Positions 1-12,451 of a DNA stretch of 64,000 bases are shown here, piece after piece (the first letter of the stretch is position 1; every line of letters begins with the position of its first letter). Position numbers and translations under genes: made by a program. The notes under the pieces were generated by a model. The model was not told the origin of the DNA, ran no database searches, and saw nothing but the letters and a program-made list of their open reading frames with translations. The stretch is from Trichosphaerium sp. ATCC 40318 (lineage: Eukaryota; Protista; Tubulinea), in the NCBI GenBank assembly GCA_038496445.1, contig JALMLS010000086.1, forward strand, positions 55,535 through 119,534. Direction: 5' to 3'.

Positions 1-440
1 TTTCTTTTGCTCCTTAACACTTTTCTTTCTTTGTGATCTTTTTCTATCACTCTTCCTGTTGCCGTCCTTCCAAATATACTAAGAAGTTCTTTTTCTCCTT
101 TATTTTCCTTTTCTTCCAGTATGGACTGATCTTTGTGGAATATTGGTGGTTGTGTATCACTGCTATTCCTCTGATTTTGGAGACTTGATCCACTTGGCAA
201 GAACTTAACTTTGGACTATTTTCGGAACTTTGACTTTTTCGTGCCTCCGACTTCGACTCTCGTTTACTGTTCCCTGTCCTCTTGCCCTTTTTTCTGTTCC
301 TCCCCTTTTCCCTCTCCCTTCCCTTCCCTTTATTTCAGTCAACGTGACACATTTCAAGCGTTTGGTTAGACTGGACAACAGACTGGCAATAGAACAGTCA
401 ACACGAGAACAATGGTGAGTAGCGAACAAGCGCTGTATTT
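1..440 (-). pseudogene. Possible degenerate APE/EEP endonuclease N-terminus of a non-LTR retrotransposon ORF (runs off window start)
   Basis: Minus-strand fragments LFATHHC, LKCVTLTEIKG and, after a frame change, SKIRGIAVI resemble in order the xATxN, xxLQETx and KxRGVAIL motifs of LINE endonucleases. Interrupted by stops and a frameshift; purine-rich coding strand. Confidence 0.25.
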
Positions 441-636
441 ATTCCTGTTTGTTTCTGAAATCACGCTCACTATTGGTGTACTGCGCTGGCACGTGCGTGA
501 TAAACTGAAACTATACTTCCCAACTCTAGTCCATAGCTCATAGAAATAGTAAAATACAGCAATGTAGTATGGACGTCTACAAACGTTACGATCTTTCCTT
601 TTGCAAATGAGTCTCCGTAAGTAATACAATTGTATA

Positions 637-1122
637 ATGATGTTTTCAGGGTTTAAAAAGAAGCTTGAAGGTGACCATCTTGTCCAGTACCTCGTTAAAG
701 AGTATGTTGAGCTTGGCGGAGATGTAAGTAAACTCATTCGTACTCTGGACGCCGAAAACGCGCGTATGCGTATCAAAGGAGAAGAAATATGCTCAGATAT
801 CTGGAATACAATATTTATTCATTTAATCTACTCTGATCCTTCTGAATCTATCAATACAATACTCTTTGTATGTAAGAGATGGCAAAGGATAGTAGCAAAC
901 GTTAGTTTTTGGAAGTTAATGGTAAAATTCCACTGGAATGTTGAACTGCGTGATAAAGTACAAGATTGGCATGATATTAGACGTTATGTCATTCGACGGA
1001 AAAGGTATGTTAAATATGGTAAACAAGAGGCCAAGGCAAGCGAGCATGGTTTTGATATTGTCACGTGGGAACGTCACATGGAAGATGAATATAGAGAATA
1101 TGCTGACGAAGAAGAACTGTAA
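637..1122 (+). CDS. Intronless F-box domain protein (161 aa)
   Basis: Open ATG-TAA frame containing ICSDIWNTIFIHL...ILFVCKRWQRIVANVSFWK, matching the F-box consensus (VCKRW...W). Confidence 0.7.
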   Translation: MMFSGFKKKLEGDHLVQYLVKEYVELGGDVSKLIRTLDAENARMRIKGEEICSDIWNTIFIHLIYSDPSESINTILFVCKRWQRIVANVSFWKLMVKFHWNVELRDKVQDWHDIRRYVIRRKRYVKYGKQEAKASEHGFDIVTWERHMEDEYREYADEEEL

Positions 1123-2350
1123 GTACTTTTTCTTTACTCCCTCACCACTTTTGTTGCATGCAACTAGTATTATTCTATTACTCACAATCTATTGTTTGTA
1201 GGTTGTTTTATGAGAATCGTGCTATTTTCTCACCCAATTCGTTGGCAATACTTATTGTTAAAAGTATAATTTACTATGATGTAGAGCGTGGAACTGGAGC
1301 TATTGATTACTCTTCTACAGAACATAAATTAACCCTAAAGACCTACGTAACTAATAAAAGAAAGGTACCTATCATAAAGTAGAATTTTTGAAGCCTGTAG
1401 TGCACGTGGCATGTAAAAAAAAACCAATACTTTAAACCGGCAGTATCTGACTTTTTTCCGAACAAATAGAGTCGCAGGAAGAGTACTCCAAATAAATTTT
1501 TGTTCAATGATTATGAAGACATAGAATGGAGTGTTTGCGATAAGTTTATTACCAAAACCAGGCGTATAATGGGATATACTACAAACAACTACAAAGACAA
1601 GATCAAATTCCTTTCTATTGCATGTGGATATTTTGACAACCTTGAAGCATTCGAAAGACTAGGTGATGAGATTTATTCCGCTATTACTCTTGAGCAACAT
1701 AGATCAAAATTTGCTTTTCTTCATAAACATTATGAGGAAAACACTCTTTTTGGGTGCCACTCATATATATGAAAGAATAAATTATTTTTCAAAATCCTAT
1801 TGGTTGTTTTGTATTATCGCCTTCATTGTTTCCAAAATACTGTTTTTCTCAAACATACCAAAATACGTTACAGCATCTTCTTTATGTGTATTTGTAGGTG
1901 GCACAATCCTCATATATGTAGTTCCTATACTGTTGGTGGCTAAAAATGCAGATCCATTTTTTCATAGTCCTCTCGCCTTCCCTTCTCATCACTAACACGC
2001 AAGATACCTTCATTGTGACTAAAACAGTGAGTCAAGATACTTACACTGACTCACCAATTAAGTAGCAGGATGAAGCAAATTTCGCTGCTTTTTATTAATC
2101 GCAGTACAAGTGCTTTCTCGAAGTTTCTTAATTTTGTTGGTTTAATGAATGTCCAGATTGTATCATAAAACACGTGTTTTCTCGGCACATTCAATCCCGC
2201 AAAATATTGAAACAAGGATCAGTACACTTATGTACAAGCTGCATGTCGTATTTAACAAACAATAAACTGAAAGTATTTCTTTTATGCTTTGTTTAGTTTT
2301 TTCCAGAAATCACGGATCATCACGATTTCCACAAATCACGTACAATCCCG

Positions 2351-3466
2351 ATGAAGCATCACAGCTCTACTTTATTCTCTATGGCTCTTATTTTAACAGC
2401 TATTTCTGTTTGTATTTGTCAGAGAACTCCTGGATACATTTTCGCTCAGTTTGATGCTTCGAGGCCACTTCCTCGACAAGTCGAGATATTAACAACAGAT
2501 CTTGAGTTTAACAGTAAGTACACATTTACGTTTTAAGCACTCGTATTTCTCACTAAGAAACAACTACTGTTGGTTTGGTACCCGTAGTCAGTACACACTC
2601 ATTACGGTTTTGTCATGTCCCATTGTTAACAATTCAAGTTTGTTGTCTGTACTGACTTTTATATTAGTGCCAACATTGGATGGTTCTATGATTCTTGTTG
2701 TATTTGATGAGTTTGTATCAGTCAGAGCATTAGATAACACTGAGATTTGTACTGGTTCTATTTCTGGCTCGATTACTTCAGGCGGTTTCGTTGATGACAC
2801 TCACTTTTATGCCTTTGGCGGTATGGGTGAGTTAACTCAATATAGGCTTGATATCACAAACCAAGATAGTTGCATATCGTCTATAGCTGTTTGTATATTT
2901 GATTATAGAGCTGGACTACCGAACACAAGTATGTGCATACTTTGTATGTACACGTGATTGATTCTGTTAAAAGTTTTTAGTTGTTGTTGATGGTAACAAA
3001 ATATACATTGATGGTAGTGTTGTACGCGCGCACGTTATATTGGAATTAGATACATCAAGCTTGATTGGAGATCCTTGCATAATTGATGTCGACTCTTCCT
3101 GTTATTCAAAGCCGCACTTTAGACTTGACTAATACTGCTTTGTCAAGGCTTGATGATAGCACGTTACTGTTAACAAACCAAAATACTGGAGAGACCTTTG
3201 CAATCGACAAGAGTTCGGGTAATTATTGTATTATTACATTAATATGATTGATATTTTCCGGTTATAGGTACTGCAGACTTTTACAATACAGCACCTGCCA
3301 TCGAAATAGTCACCAGACCTGTTTTTTATCCTGGTCTTTGTATCAAGGTATGTACATGGGTTTTTACTACTTTCATTCTTTCCTTGTTCACAATTTAATC
3401 ACGTGACTATTGTCATAGATCACACCAGAGATGAATGCTGCCAGGATTCAATTATTATCTCGTTAA
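2351..3466 (+). CDS. Secreted protein of unknown function, copy A of an inverted paralogue pair (multi-exon)
   Basis: Signal peptide MKHHSSTLFSMALILTAISVCIC; GT-AG introns (first donor at 2514); ends ITPEMNAARIQLLSR*; colinear with the paralogue at 3852-5037. Confidence 0.75.
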
Positions 3467-3670
3467 TAAAATATATATCTTGTTGTTTTGAGTATTGTCC
3501 ATATCATTCATTGCTGTTTGTGACTTTTTGTTTTCGTCTAGTAAGATCTGAGCGATCTTGCAACTTTTGCTAGTGCTTACAAGATCTGTTAAAAACTACA
3601 AGATATGACCCTATTTATTTGCAAAGGTTATGTCTAGTTGCTTAGGTTGTCTTTTACTCCGTTGAGCAAA

Positions 3671-3811
3671 CTTAAGGCACTTAGCTTCTCAGATAATGGA
3701 GTGAAAGCATTGGCTGGGTTCATCCATTGATTTGTTCGAAACACTTTTTAAGACATTACTCAGTTGTTGAGAACAAATGTTACAGGTGTTTAAGCATTGG
3801 TTAGCGTACAT
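3671..3811 (+). pseudogene. Decayed fragment of the GVHxIxLxxTxVTDEGxKALA leucine-rich-repeat family
   Basis: Reads LKALS-FSDNGVKALAG/VH/IDLFET...RTNVTGV*ALVSVH with frameshifts and a stop; same repeat as the intact gene at 17269-18045. Confidence 0.6.
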
Positions 3812-3851
3812 TAGTTTATTACATTGTACAAACTTGGAAGATATCAAGATA

Positions 3852-5037
3852 CTAACGAGATAATAGTTCGATCCTGAAAGCGTTCATCTGTGGTGTGATC
3901 TATGAAAACAGTCATTGACAGTTATTCGTACGGGATATGAGTACCTTAATGCAAAGACCAGGATAAAAAACAGGACGTGTAGACATTTTGATTACGGGTG
4001 CTGTATTGTAGACGTCTGAGGTACCTATTCACCCAAACTGTCAATCATAATTATATTGTAATACAATAACTACATTATATACCTCTTGCCTTGTCAACCA
4101 CAGATGTCTCTCCTGTGGCTTGGTTTGTTAAAAGTAACGCTCTATCATTAAGCCTCGATAGAGCCATGCTAGTAAACTCAAAAGGACGGGTTTGAACAAA
4201 ACGAAGTGTTCTTAAATCAATTTCACAAGGACCTGCACTTAAACGTGATGTATCTAGTTCTGATATGGTATCTATAAAAATAGGAACAGAAGTGATACCC
4301 TCAATGTATATTTTATCACCATCAACAACAACTAAGAAATAAATCAACACATTATATACAAGCTAACATATACATACTTGTTGACAGCATGCCATTTGAA
4401 GTTGTACATCCAGAGATCATAGGGGATATACAATCATTTTTGTTTGTGATATCAAGCCTATATCGGCCTATCTCACCCATACCACCAGTATGTGCGTAAA
4501 AATCTGTGTCATCAACGAAACCTCCTGAAATAATCGAGCCAGGAATAGAACCAGTACAAATCTCAGTGTTATCTAATGCTCTGACTGATACAAACTCATC
4601 AAATACAACAAGAATCATAGAGCCATCCAATGTTGGTACTACGAACAAATTAGCACAAGACAAACCTCGATTGTTAACAGTGGGACATTGAAAAAACCAA
4701 CTATATTAAACAAAATAAATAAATATCGTACTGATTGCTGGTACGGCAATGGCAGGGTTTGCAATGGGGATATTTACACCAAACGATCTTAGGTCTAAAA
4801 TAAGCTTATTTAGTAGTTAACTTTGTACAAAAGGAAAGGCAATAAATAAAGCTACCTTGAGCTGTATTGCTTACTGTTAAACTCAAGATCTGTTGTTAAT
4901 ATCTCGACTTGTCGAGGAAGTGGCCTCGAAGCATCAAACTGAGCGAAAATGTATCCAGGAGTTCTCTGACAAATACAAACAGAAATAGCTGTTAAAATAA
5001 GAGCCAAAGAGAATAAAGTAGAGCTGTGATGCTTCAT
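3852..5037 (-). CDS. Secreted protein of unknown function, copy B of the inverted paralogue pair (multi-exon)
   Basis: Exon 1 almost identical to copy A (MKHHSSTLFSLALIL...TTDLEFN); shared PTLDGSMILVVFDEFVSVRALDNTEICTGS block; ends ITPQMNAFRIELLSR*. Confidence 0.75.
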
Positions 5038-5814
5038 CGGGATTGTACGTGATTTCTGAAAAAATAAAACCAAGACAACTTAATTGTCTAAGTATTTAGT
5101 ATCATATTACATAAATAAGGCTAGCTACCTTCGAAAACCACTTTCTTAAGGTGTTGATTCAACTAATTTTTCGGGAATAAATGTGCCGAGAAAACGCGTG
5201 TTTGCAATACTCTCTGAGTTATCAATCGGAGGTTGAGAACGAATTTAACAAGTTCTCGTCTATGGATAATATTGAATGCAAACACTCTTTTAATGTATCC
5301 GGCAGAGACAAAGTCGAAGACTTTTGCGGCGGTGAAAAGAAAGGCCAACAGAAGCATCTTGACTTCTCACCCTTCTCTCTCACCTCTCGCCGTTGAGTTT
5401 CCAACGTCCTTCAATAAACAAGCTATCGCGATCTCTAGTTTGTTTCTTTTTAACTACATTAAGCTGGTCTCATTGTGGGATTGACATGGGTCGACACCTG
5501 AAGCTATCCAGTTCATATTAATAGTTTAGCAATCTCAAGCAAAACCACATTAGTTTTATGCTTGCTCTTGACCACTTTGCTATTTTGTACAACGGCAACC
5601 CAATGAAAACTTTCGTTGGTAACAAGATACTATTGGATTGTTACCTACCATGATATTTCACAATTGTATCTTCATTTCTGTACCTAAGAAACTACTTTTA
5701 GAATTCAATGAAACAAACTGTTTATAGTTAGACGAAATTGGCCTAAACAATACCAGTTTGTGCAGCACAATAACCTTAAGCTAGAATACTTACCATTTAT
5801 AACCAACCACACCA

Positions 5815-6141
5815 ATGACAGAAGCAAATAACGCCATCACCGAGCAAGTAAAAAGTCTTTTATCCGATTGGGCAAAACACAGTGACTCTAAGAGCACGTG
5901 TTCAAGTTTTCAGCCTTACTTGGCCTGTGACGCCTACAGTGAGCTTGTAGCAATGGGAAAACTTGCTCTTCCTACAATCATGAAGTCATACGAAGCTGAT
6001 GAGTACAAAGTATGGCACTTTATTCTTGTTAAGCAGATTGTAAGCGAACTTCCTCATCCTGACACCAGCACAAACGGTGTATCTATACCAGAACAAAAGA
6101 CTATATGGATAAAATATGCAAAGGACCATGGATACCTGTAA
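5815..6141 (+). CDS. Intronless 108-aa hypothetical protein resembling a bacterial uncharacterised family
   Basis: Clean ORF with the pattern W...SS...AY..LV.MG..ALP.I...WH...W..YAK.HGYL. Family resemblance is from recall and was not searched. Confidence 0.7.
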   Translation: MTEANNAITEQVKSLLSDWAKHSDSKSTCSSFQPYLACDAYSELVAMGKLALPTIMKSYEADEYKVWHFILVKQIVSELPHPDTSTNGVSIPEQKTIWIKYAKDHGYL

Positions 6142-6306
6142 GTAGACACCTGGTTGTAAATGTTGTATTTGGAATAGGTAATAAAAAATAAAGAATTTTG
6201 CGAAGTCTTGGTTTTTTTTTCTTTGTGTAGTCGCAGCTGTCTTTGCGCGGGTCGTTTTTAGTCTTTGGATATAAAATCAGAACAACTTTTCACGTACTCA
6301 TAATCA

Positions 6307-8951
6307 ATGGAGATAAAGAAACAACTAGTATTTGATTTGAACAATTCAACCACAAGCACACCAGAGGAAATCGTAAAAATAACCATGGTACATATATTTT
6401 GTCATCGATTATTTTACTCTTTTTATAACACGTGTTCAGAAGCACGGTGATATTTTATCGTTCCGAAAAAGCGATAAAATCGGATCTGGACATTTTGGCT
6501 CTGTTTATGAAGGTAGCACTACAAGAACGCGATACGAATCGGTTTGAATGAGTTTGTGTTAATTAAAGTCAAAAGGTTGTTACTCGTATGACAGAGTGGC
6601 TGTAAAAATGGTACCGTGCGGTCTTGGAGCTAATTTAGAAGAATTTGGTAAAGAAGTTGATACGCTACGGTAGTTTATTAGTTTATTTTGATCTCTCACA
6701 TTCCAAAGGGCGATTCCTGGCACACGAAACGTTTTAGTATACCGAGACGCCATTATACATCAAGGCAATTTATACATAGTAACTGAGCTTTGTCTTATGG
6801 ATGTTAGAAACCTCCTCAGGGTACGCTACTTTAACACGTGTTTTATCATTAAAGCATTCATTCAGAAGTTCCCAAAGCTTCCTTTAAAAATTCGCCTGTA
6901 TATTGCACGTGATGTAGCTTGCGGTCTAAGATCGTTGCATATAAAGCGCATAGTTCATAGAGATTTAAAGCTGGCCAATCTTCTTGTTCGTGAGAACTTT
7001 CTCGATAATTGTAGTGTTTATTTTGCTTTTAGATTGACATTAACGGGCATGTTAAAATCGCAGACTTTGGGTTGGCTAAGATACTAGAAGCGGGCGAGAA
7101 TAAGAGCGAAGCTGTCGGTACAGTTACCTTTGATTTTAATTTTATTCACCACGTGATAACCACGTGATACTTTTTTTAAAAGATTTGACAAGTATAGGAA
7201 CTGCACGGTACACAGCTCCTGAGGTTTGGAACAAAGATACTACAACCACAGCCAGAGATATTTATAGTTTTGGTTTGTTATTATGGGAACTCATAATAAA
7301 CGGCGAACTACGTCCTTTCCCCGACCACAATACTATCCTTACTATCAAAAGGTGAGCTTTTTATGTCCTCCTTTGGACTGTAGTTAATCTTTGTAGTGCG
7401 ATACTAAATGATGAGAAACCAGACTTTCCTGAAGATACAGATGATTGTCTAAAGAAGTTAGTTCTTAGGTGTTTGGAGTTTAATTTCAGGCAGAGACCTT
7501 CAGCCATTGAATTGGTAGATGCTATGAATAAAACTATTGTTGAGGTTGTTATTGGTTACAAGCAAGAGAACAAAGAAGCCTACGAGTTTTGGAATCAGTA
7601 TTTTAATGACTGCAAGGTAGCGCAATGTTAAGTAACACTACTAAACGGATTTAAACAGGGATATCCATGTCAAGTTCCCTGGTGCAAGTTCATAAATGCT
7701 TTTAAAGCATATATTGGACTTGAGGAAAACGAAGAAAATAGACGACTGATCGATGCTTTCGGAAAGTTTTTACGTACGAAAAAAAACGTGCGTTTGTTTG
7801 TTAGTTGACTTTTTTTTTGTAGGTCTTGAGTTAGAGATTCCAAATCTCAATAAAATAATCGGTTTGAAGCAAAAACAATTGATAGTTGGTCCCAATATTG
7901 GACAAGCTTGTGTAGATGATTTTGTTACTCTTGAGAGCTTTTCATTGGTTGTTCAGTGGTTCAGATTTACAAAGAACAAAGATGTAATGAAGAGATGTTT
8001 CAAAGTTGCCTTAGAGTTAGGCCTTGCTCCGTACGTTAGCATGAAAAAATACCGTTTAAAGAGAGAATGACACAACTGCCAGTCAAGGCAATGAGCGAAT
8101 TTATCAAACTGAAACGTGACACGAGTTTATGAGACTAGAAAGACTTCCTTTTTGTTTAAACGAATTTAAAAGCTGCCTTTGTTAATTCTTTCTTAGATGG
8201 TTTCACAGTTTTATACAAAAGGAAAGGGCCAACAAGATTCTTAATCAACGATCAGAAGGTTATTTCATAGTTAGACTATCAACAACATCGTAAGTATACA
8301 GTTTGTTTAGTGAGTCACTCAAAATTGGTATCTAGGAGAAAATGCCAATTGACTCTTTCAGCAGTTACTAAACAAATACCTTCAGAAGACCAAGCCACAA
8401 GCTCTTTACCCAACGTTATAAAACACTATCGGATTAAATACAGCGTTTCTGAAGGATTTAGAATCGTGTACTTTGCAGCTAGCTCTTAGTGTTAAACTGA
8501 CTTTTTTTTAATAGACTTGATAAAGTCCATCACACCTTTCCTACAATGACAGCTCTCTTGGAATCATGCAATGAATTGATAGGAATACACACATATGTTC
8601 CAATTATTAGACAGTATATTGACTATTACTATGAAGAGCGTACAGAAGAACGTGCGCCAAAAACAATCTTTTTCGATTTTCGCCAGTATTTTGTTAAGTT
8701 ATTTTGGTAGAGATTCGAAGCCTTACTATGGACCACTTCGCTTCACTAAGTAAGCATGGGTACACCCATCCTTTTACGAAAGAAGAAATGGAGAATATCA
8801 CAAGACAATTCGGAGATAGCAATGGTAATGGAGAAGATCTTTGTGATGATTATGTTATATTTTTAAGCGCTCTGGTACGAAACCTCCGTTCAGACAATTT
8901 TTCACTAACTAAGTGTTTTAGGAGAACGTAGTCAATAGTAGTTATGTATAG
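6307..8951 (+). CDS. TKL-type protein kinase with C-terminal SH2 domain (Dictyostelium Shk-like architecture), multi-exon
   Basis: Kinase motifs IGSGHFGSVYEG, VAVK, IVHRDLKLANLL, VKIADFGLAK, GTARYTAPEV, DIYSFGLLLWE; then SH2-like WFHSFIQKERANKILNQRSEGYFIVRLSTT and IKHYRI. Confidence 0.85.
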
Positions 8952-9379
8952 ACTGATTAGGGTTTAAGTCTATCGAGTTTATATTATCGTGTTCAATCTA
9001 CAATTGGAAGACTGGGGCGCAAATAACCGAAATATGAGACACTTTATTTTTTTACACGTGATTGATGACTTGATACTATTACATTGCAGGTTACTTTTTA
9101 ATAAAACAATACTCTCTCTGGCTTCGGGTGTTAGTGGGCATACCAAGATATAGCCTTACCAACAATGCGTTGTGTTGATGTTGACCCTGCCTATCGAAAA
9201 AGAAAGCCTCTTCTGTAGCGACTTAAAGTACTTTTTCAAAGAAATTATGAATAATTACAACTTATTGTGTCTTTATTCATCTACAAATAAAGTAGAAAAG
9301 ACTGCAACATCATAAAAAATTTATCGAACAAGGTTAGAGTGTCATCAATGTAGTAAACCTAAAATGTATTTACAAATAG

Positions 9380-10303
9380 ATGAATACCGATCCCTGTACT
9401 ATATTAGATCTTCCAGTGGAAGTGCAGCTCTTATTTCTTGATTTAGACTGGGATGTGTATACAAAGTGGCCGTTACTCTCCAAACACACAGCAATAACCA
9501 CAAGGTTTGATATCGACTTAAATAAACACGGAAAATGGCTAAGACTAGCAACACAGCCAAGTACTATTACAATCCAGTGTCAAGAGCATTGGAAGTATGG
9601 TCGTAAGCATGGGGAGCATAAAGAGTGGGATTCTCTTTGTAATTTAAGGGAGAGGTATAATTACGTTGAAGGTAAATTGGAAGGAGAGTACAAAAGTTGG
9701 CATAGAAATGGTACACTCAATGACCAAGCTAACTATGTCAATGGTAAACTGGAAGGTGACTACAAACGATGGCATGACAATGGGCATTTACAAGAGCATT
9801 GTAACTACGTAGAGGGTAAACGACAAGGAGTACACAAGTGCTACCATTCAAATGGTAGCATCTATGAGAAGTGTAATTACAAAAATGGTAAAAGACATGG
9901 AAAACACGTGGTTTGGTTTGAAAATAGAATATTGAGAGAAAAATGTAGTTATGTTGATGGTAAAAAACATGGAGAGTATAGTTTGAGGTATCAGAATGGT
10001 CAAAACCATGAAGAGTGCAATTACATCGATGGTAGACGGGAAGGACAAAGGAGGAAATGGCACCACAGTGGTCAGGTGAAAGAAACGTGCAAATATGTAA
10101 AGAATAAACGACATGGAGTACACAAGACATGGTCTGATAACGGGCAAATCACAAGGTATTATACTTATGTTAATGGTGTTCTACATGGCGTGAGTAAGGA
10201 GTGGCTTTATGATGGTACTCTTAGGGATGCTGGCAATTATGTAAACGGTGAAAGACAGAAAAGTTTTAGCGTAATTAGATTACTTAGTTCTATCTTTGTA
10301 TAA
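9380..10303 (+). CDS. Intronless F-box-like + MORN_2 (YwqK-like) repeat protein (307 aa)
   Basis: N-terminal ILDLPVEVQL; about ten 24-aa repeats of type NYVxGKxEGxYKxWHxNGxLxExC. Confidence 0.9.
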   Translation: MNTDPCTILDLPVEVQLLFLDLDWDVYTKWPLLSKHTAITTRFDIDLNKHGKWLRLATQPSTITIQCQEHWKYGRKHGEHKEWDSLCNLRERYNYVEGKLEGEYKSWHRNGTLNDQANYVNGKLEGDYKRWHDNGHLQEHCNYVEGKRQGVHKCYHSNGSIYEKCNYKNGKRHGKHVVWFENRILREKCSYVDGKKHGEYSLRYQNGQNHEECNYIDGRREGQRRKWHHSGQVKETCKYVKNKRHGVHKTWSDNGQITRYYTYVNGVLHGVSKEWLYDGTLRDAGNYVNGERQKSFSVIRLLSSIFV

Positions 10304-10729
10304 TTGAACACTAATATGAAAATTCTAATGTTAAAGTACATGAATTACAATTCGCTTGTTTTAAAAAACAAGCTGACCAAGAGGTTTTCGTACAATCAAG
10401 AAAAAAGTTGCAAGTGTTTGCTTTTACATACTTACTCTCTGATTAAGGCGACTAGAAAGATCAATTATACTAAAATAAAGTTCGGTCTGATAGGCCCTTT
10501 ATAACGGATTCGACTGAAACAACTTGTCAACTCATAGTGACGAACTGATAAAACTCCATGCTCCAGTACTACAAGCTATTTTCCGTTTACTCTTTTCGTT
10601 CTAAAACCCTTGGCCAAAGGGGTATCTACACTTAGCACCATCCTATTGCTCAAGCAATTAAGAAGCGAAAACGCGTCTTCTTAAGTTCAGTTCAGTGAAA
10701 GTATTGTACCTAAACTGCAAATACACAAC

Positions 10730-12284
10730 ATGGACGCAACGCACGTCCTTATATTTATCTTGCTACCATTAACATATTTGATCAGTTTAGAGCTTTGTGA
10801 TCTACCTCCTGAGGTTATCATTGAGATACTAAAGAACTTGGGTTTATTTGACGTTGCTGCCTTTGGAATAACATGTAAACTAGCGTGCGCGCTTCATGAG
10901 ATCGTTCCTCCTTCAAAAGTATGTAAAATACCTCCAACCAACGAACTTCTACGATAAACGTCGTAGTTTGACTGAAAATCGTTAACGACCGCGTATTTAG
11001 GGCGATAATCGCAAATACAAGGCGGTACTTCTCGCTCCCCGATTCCAGTACGTATCTAATTGTGGCGTACTATCAACTGGAGAGGTGAGTACTAAATACA
11101 AGTAAAACAAAACCTAAATAGATACAACACGTGCTTTAAAAAAACTTGAGATTGGAAAACCAGCTGAACTTGATCTTTTTTTTTTTTTCATCGTTACTCA
11201 CACGTGCTACTAGATTATTGTTATGGATCATAGTGGTAATTCTATTTGGATTATAACTGGCGATAAAAAGAGATGTATTGTTGAAAAGAAAAACTCTGGT
11301 TACCACGATGGTTCTATTAAACAAGCTGGTACAAAATACCTTTATTTTAATCTCATCACGTGTGTTGAGAAGTTGAATAGCAAATAGCACGCAACAAGTA
11401 GTTTTTTTTATATTCTCCATTTTTTTACTTTTTTTTTTTTAAAGTGGTTTCTTTACCGACGTGCTGTGCTATTACACCTGAAGATTGTATTATATTTAGT
11501 GATAGGAATCACCACACTATAAGAAAGATAAGTAGTAACCTAAAAAATATTGAAACAATCGTGGGAAAGCCTAAAAAAAGCGGAATGTTGAGTGAAGGAA
11601 AACTAGCTATTCCATCAGGTGTTTGTTTAGATAAAGAAGGAAATCTCTTCATATGTGATGAAAGGAACCATAGTATAGTCAAGAGATCACCTGAAGGAAA
11701 AGTGTCACTTGTTGTGGAAGCTAAAAAAGCGAAAGATTGGCCAAGACGTGTTGTTTGCGACACAAAAACGAATTGCGTGTACGTCACTTGTACCTTTCTA
11801 ACAAAGATCAAAACGCAGCAAGTAACAAATGCAATGTTTCACAGTAGCTTTTGCGTATGATCCTACCCAAACTTTATTTTACTTGTTGCACATAAGTGTT
11901 CATTGTAACACTATTTGTCGAAAGCTACCACTCAACAAACATTCTCATTTTTTTCTGCTCTTGTTGGTTAACATTTTTCCTTTTAGGTACTTTGTATGTG
12001 ATAGTCGCATATATAAGTCGGAAAAGGGTAACCTAGAGTTTATATACAACCACTCACATGGAATATATGGCTTTGTTATGGATAGACATGGAGATCTATA
12101 CTTTGGAGGTCAAAACGGAGACAACACTAACATTGGTGTATATAAAATGTGTTTAAAACTACCTGAACGCCCTGTTTTCCAACTAGAAATTGATCCAGTG
12201 ATAAACGTTGTGACAGGCATGTGTTACTGGAAGAGTACTCTTTACATTTGTAGTAGAAAGCAATTATTTACACTACGACTTTAA
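10730..12284 (+). CDS. F-box + NHL-repeat beta-propeller protein, multi-exon
   Basis: LCDLPPEVIIEILKNL...ITCK F-box; NHL repeats IFSDRNHHTIRKI and PSGVCLDKEGNLFICDERNHSI. Confidence 0.8.
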
Positions 12285-12451
12285 CACTTTGTAATAAACA
12301 AAAAAAAATTCACAATCACTTCTTTGTGTTTACTTTCATTGAGGAAATCACTTACTTTGATGTTTATACCAGACAGCACCATGTTGTATAGTAATATACA
12401 GAATATGTATCTAAAACCCACACTCTTAGTGTTGACAGCACGAAGTACGCT

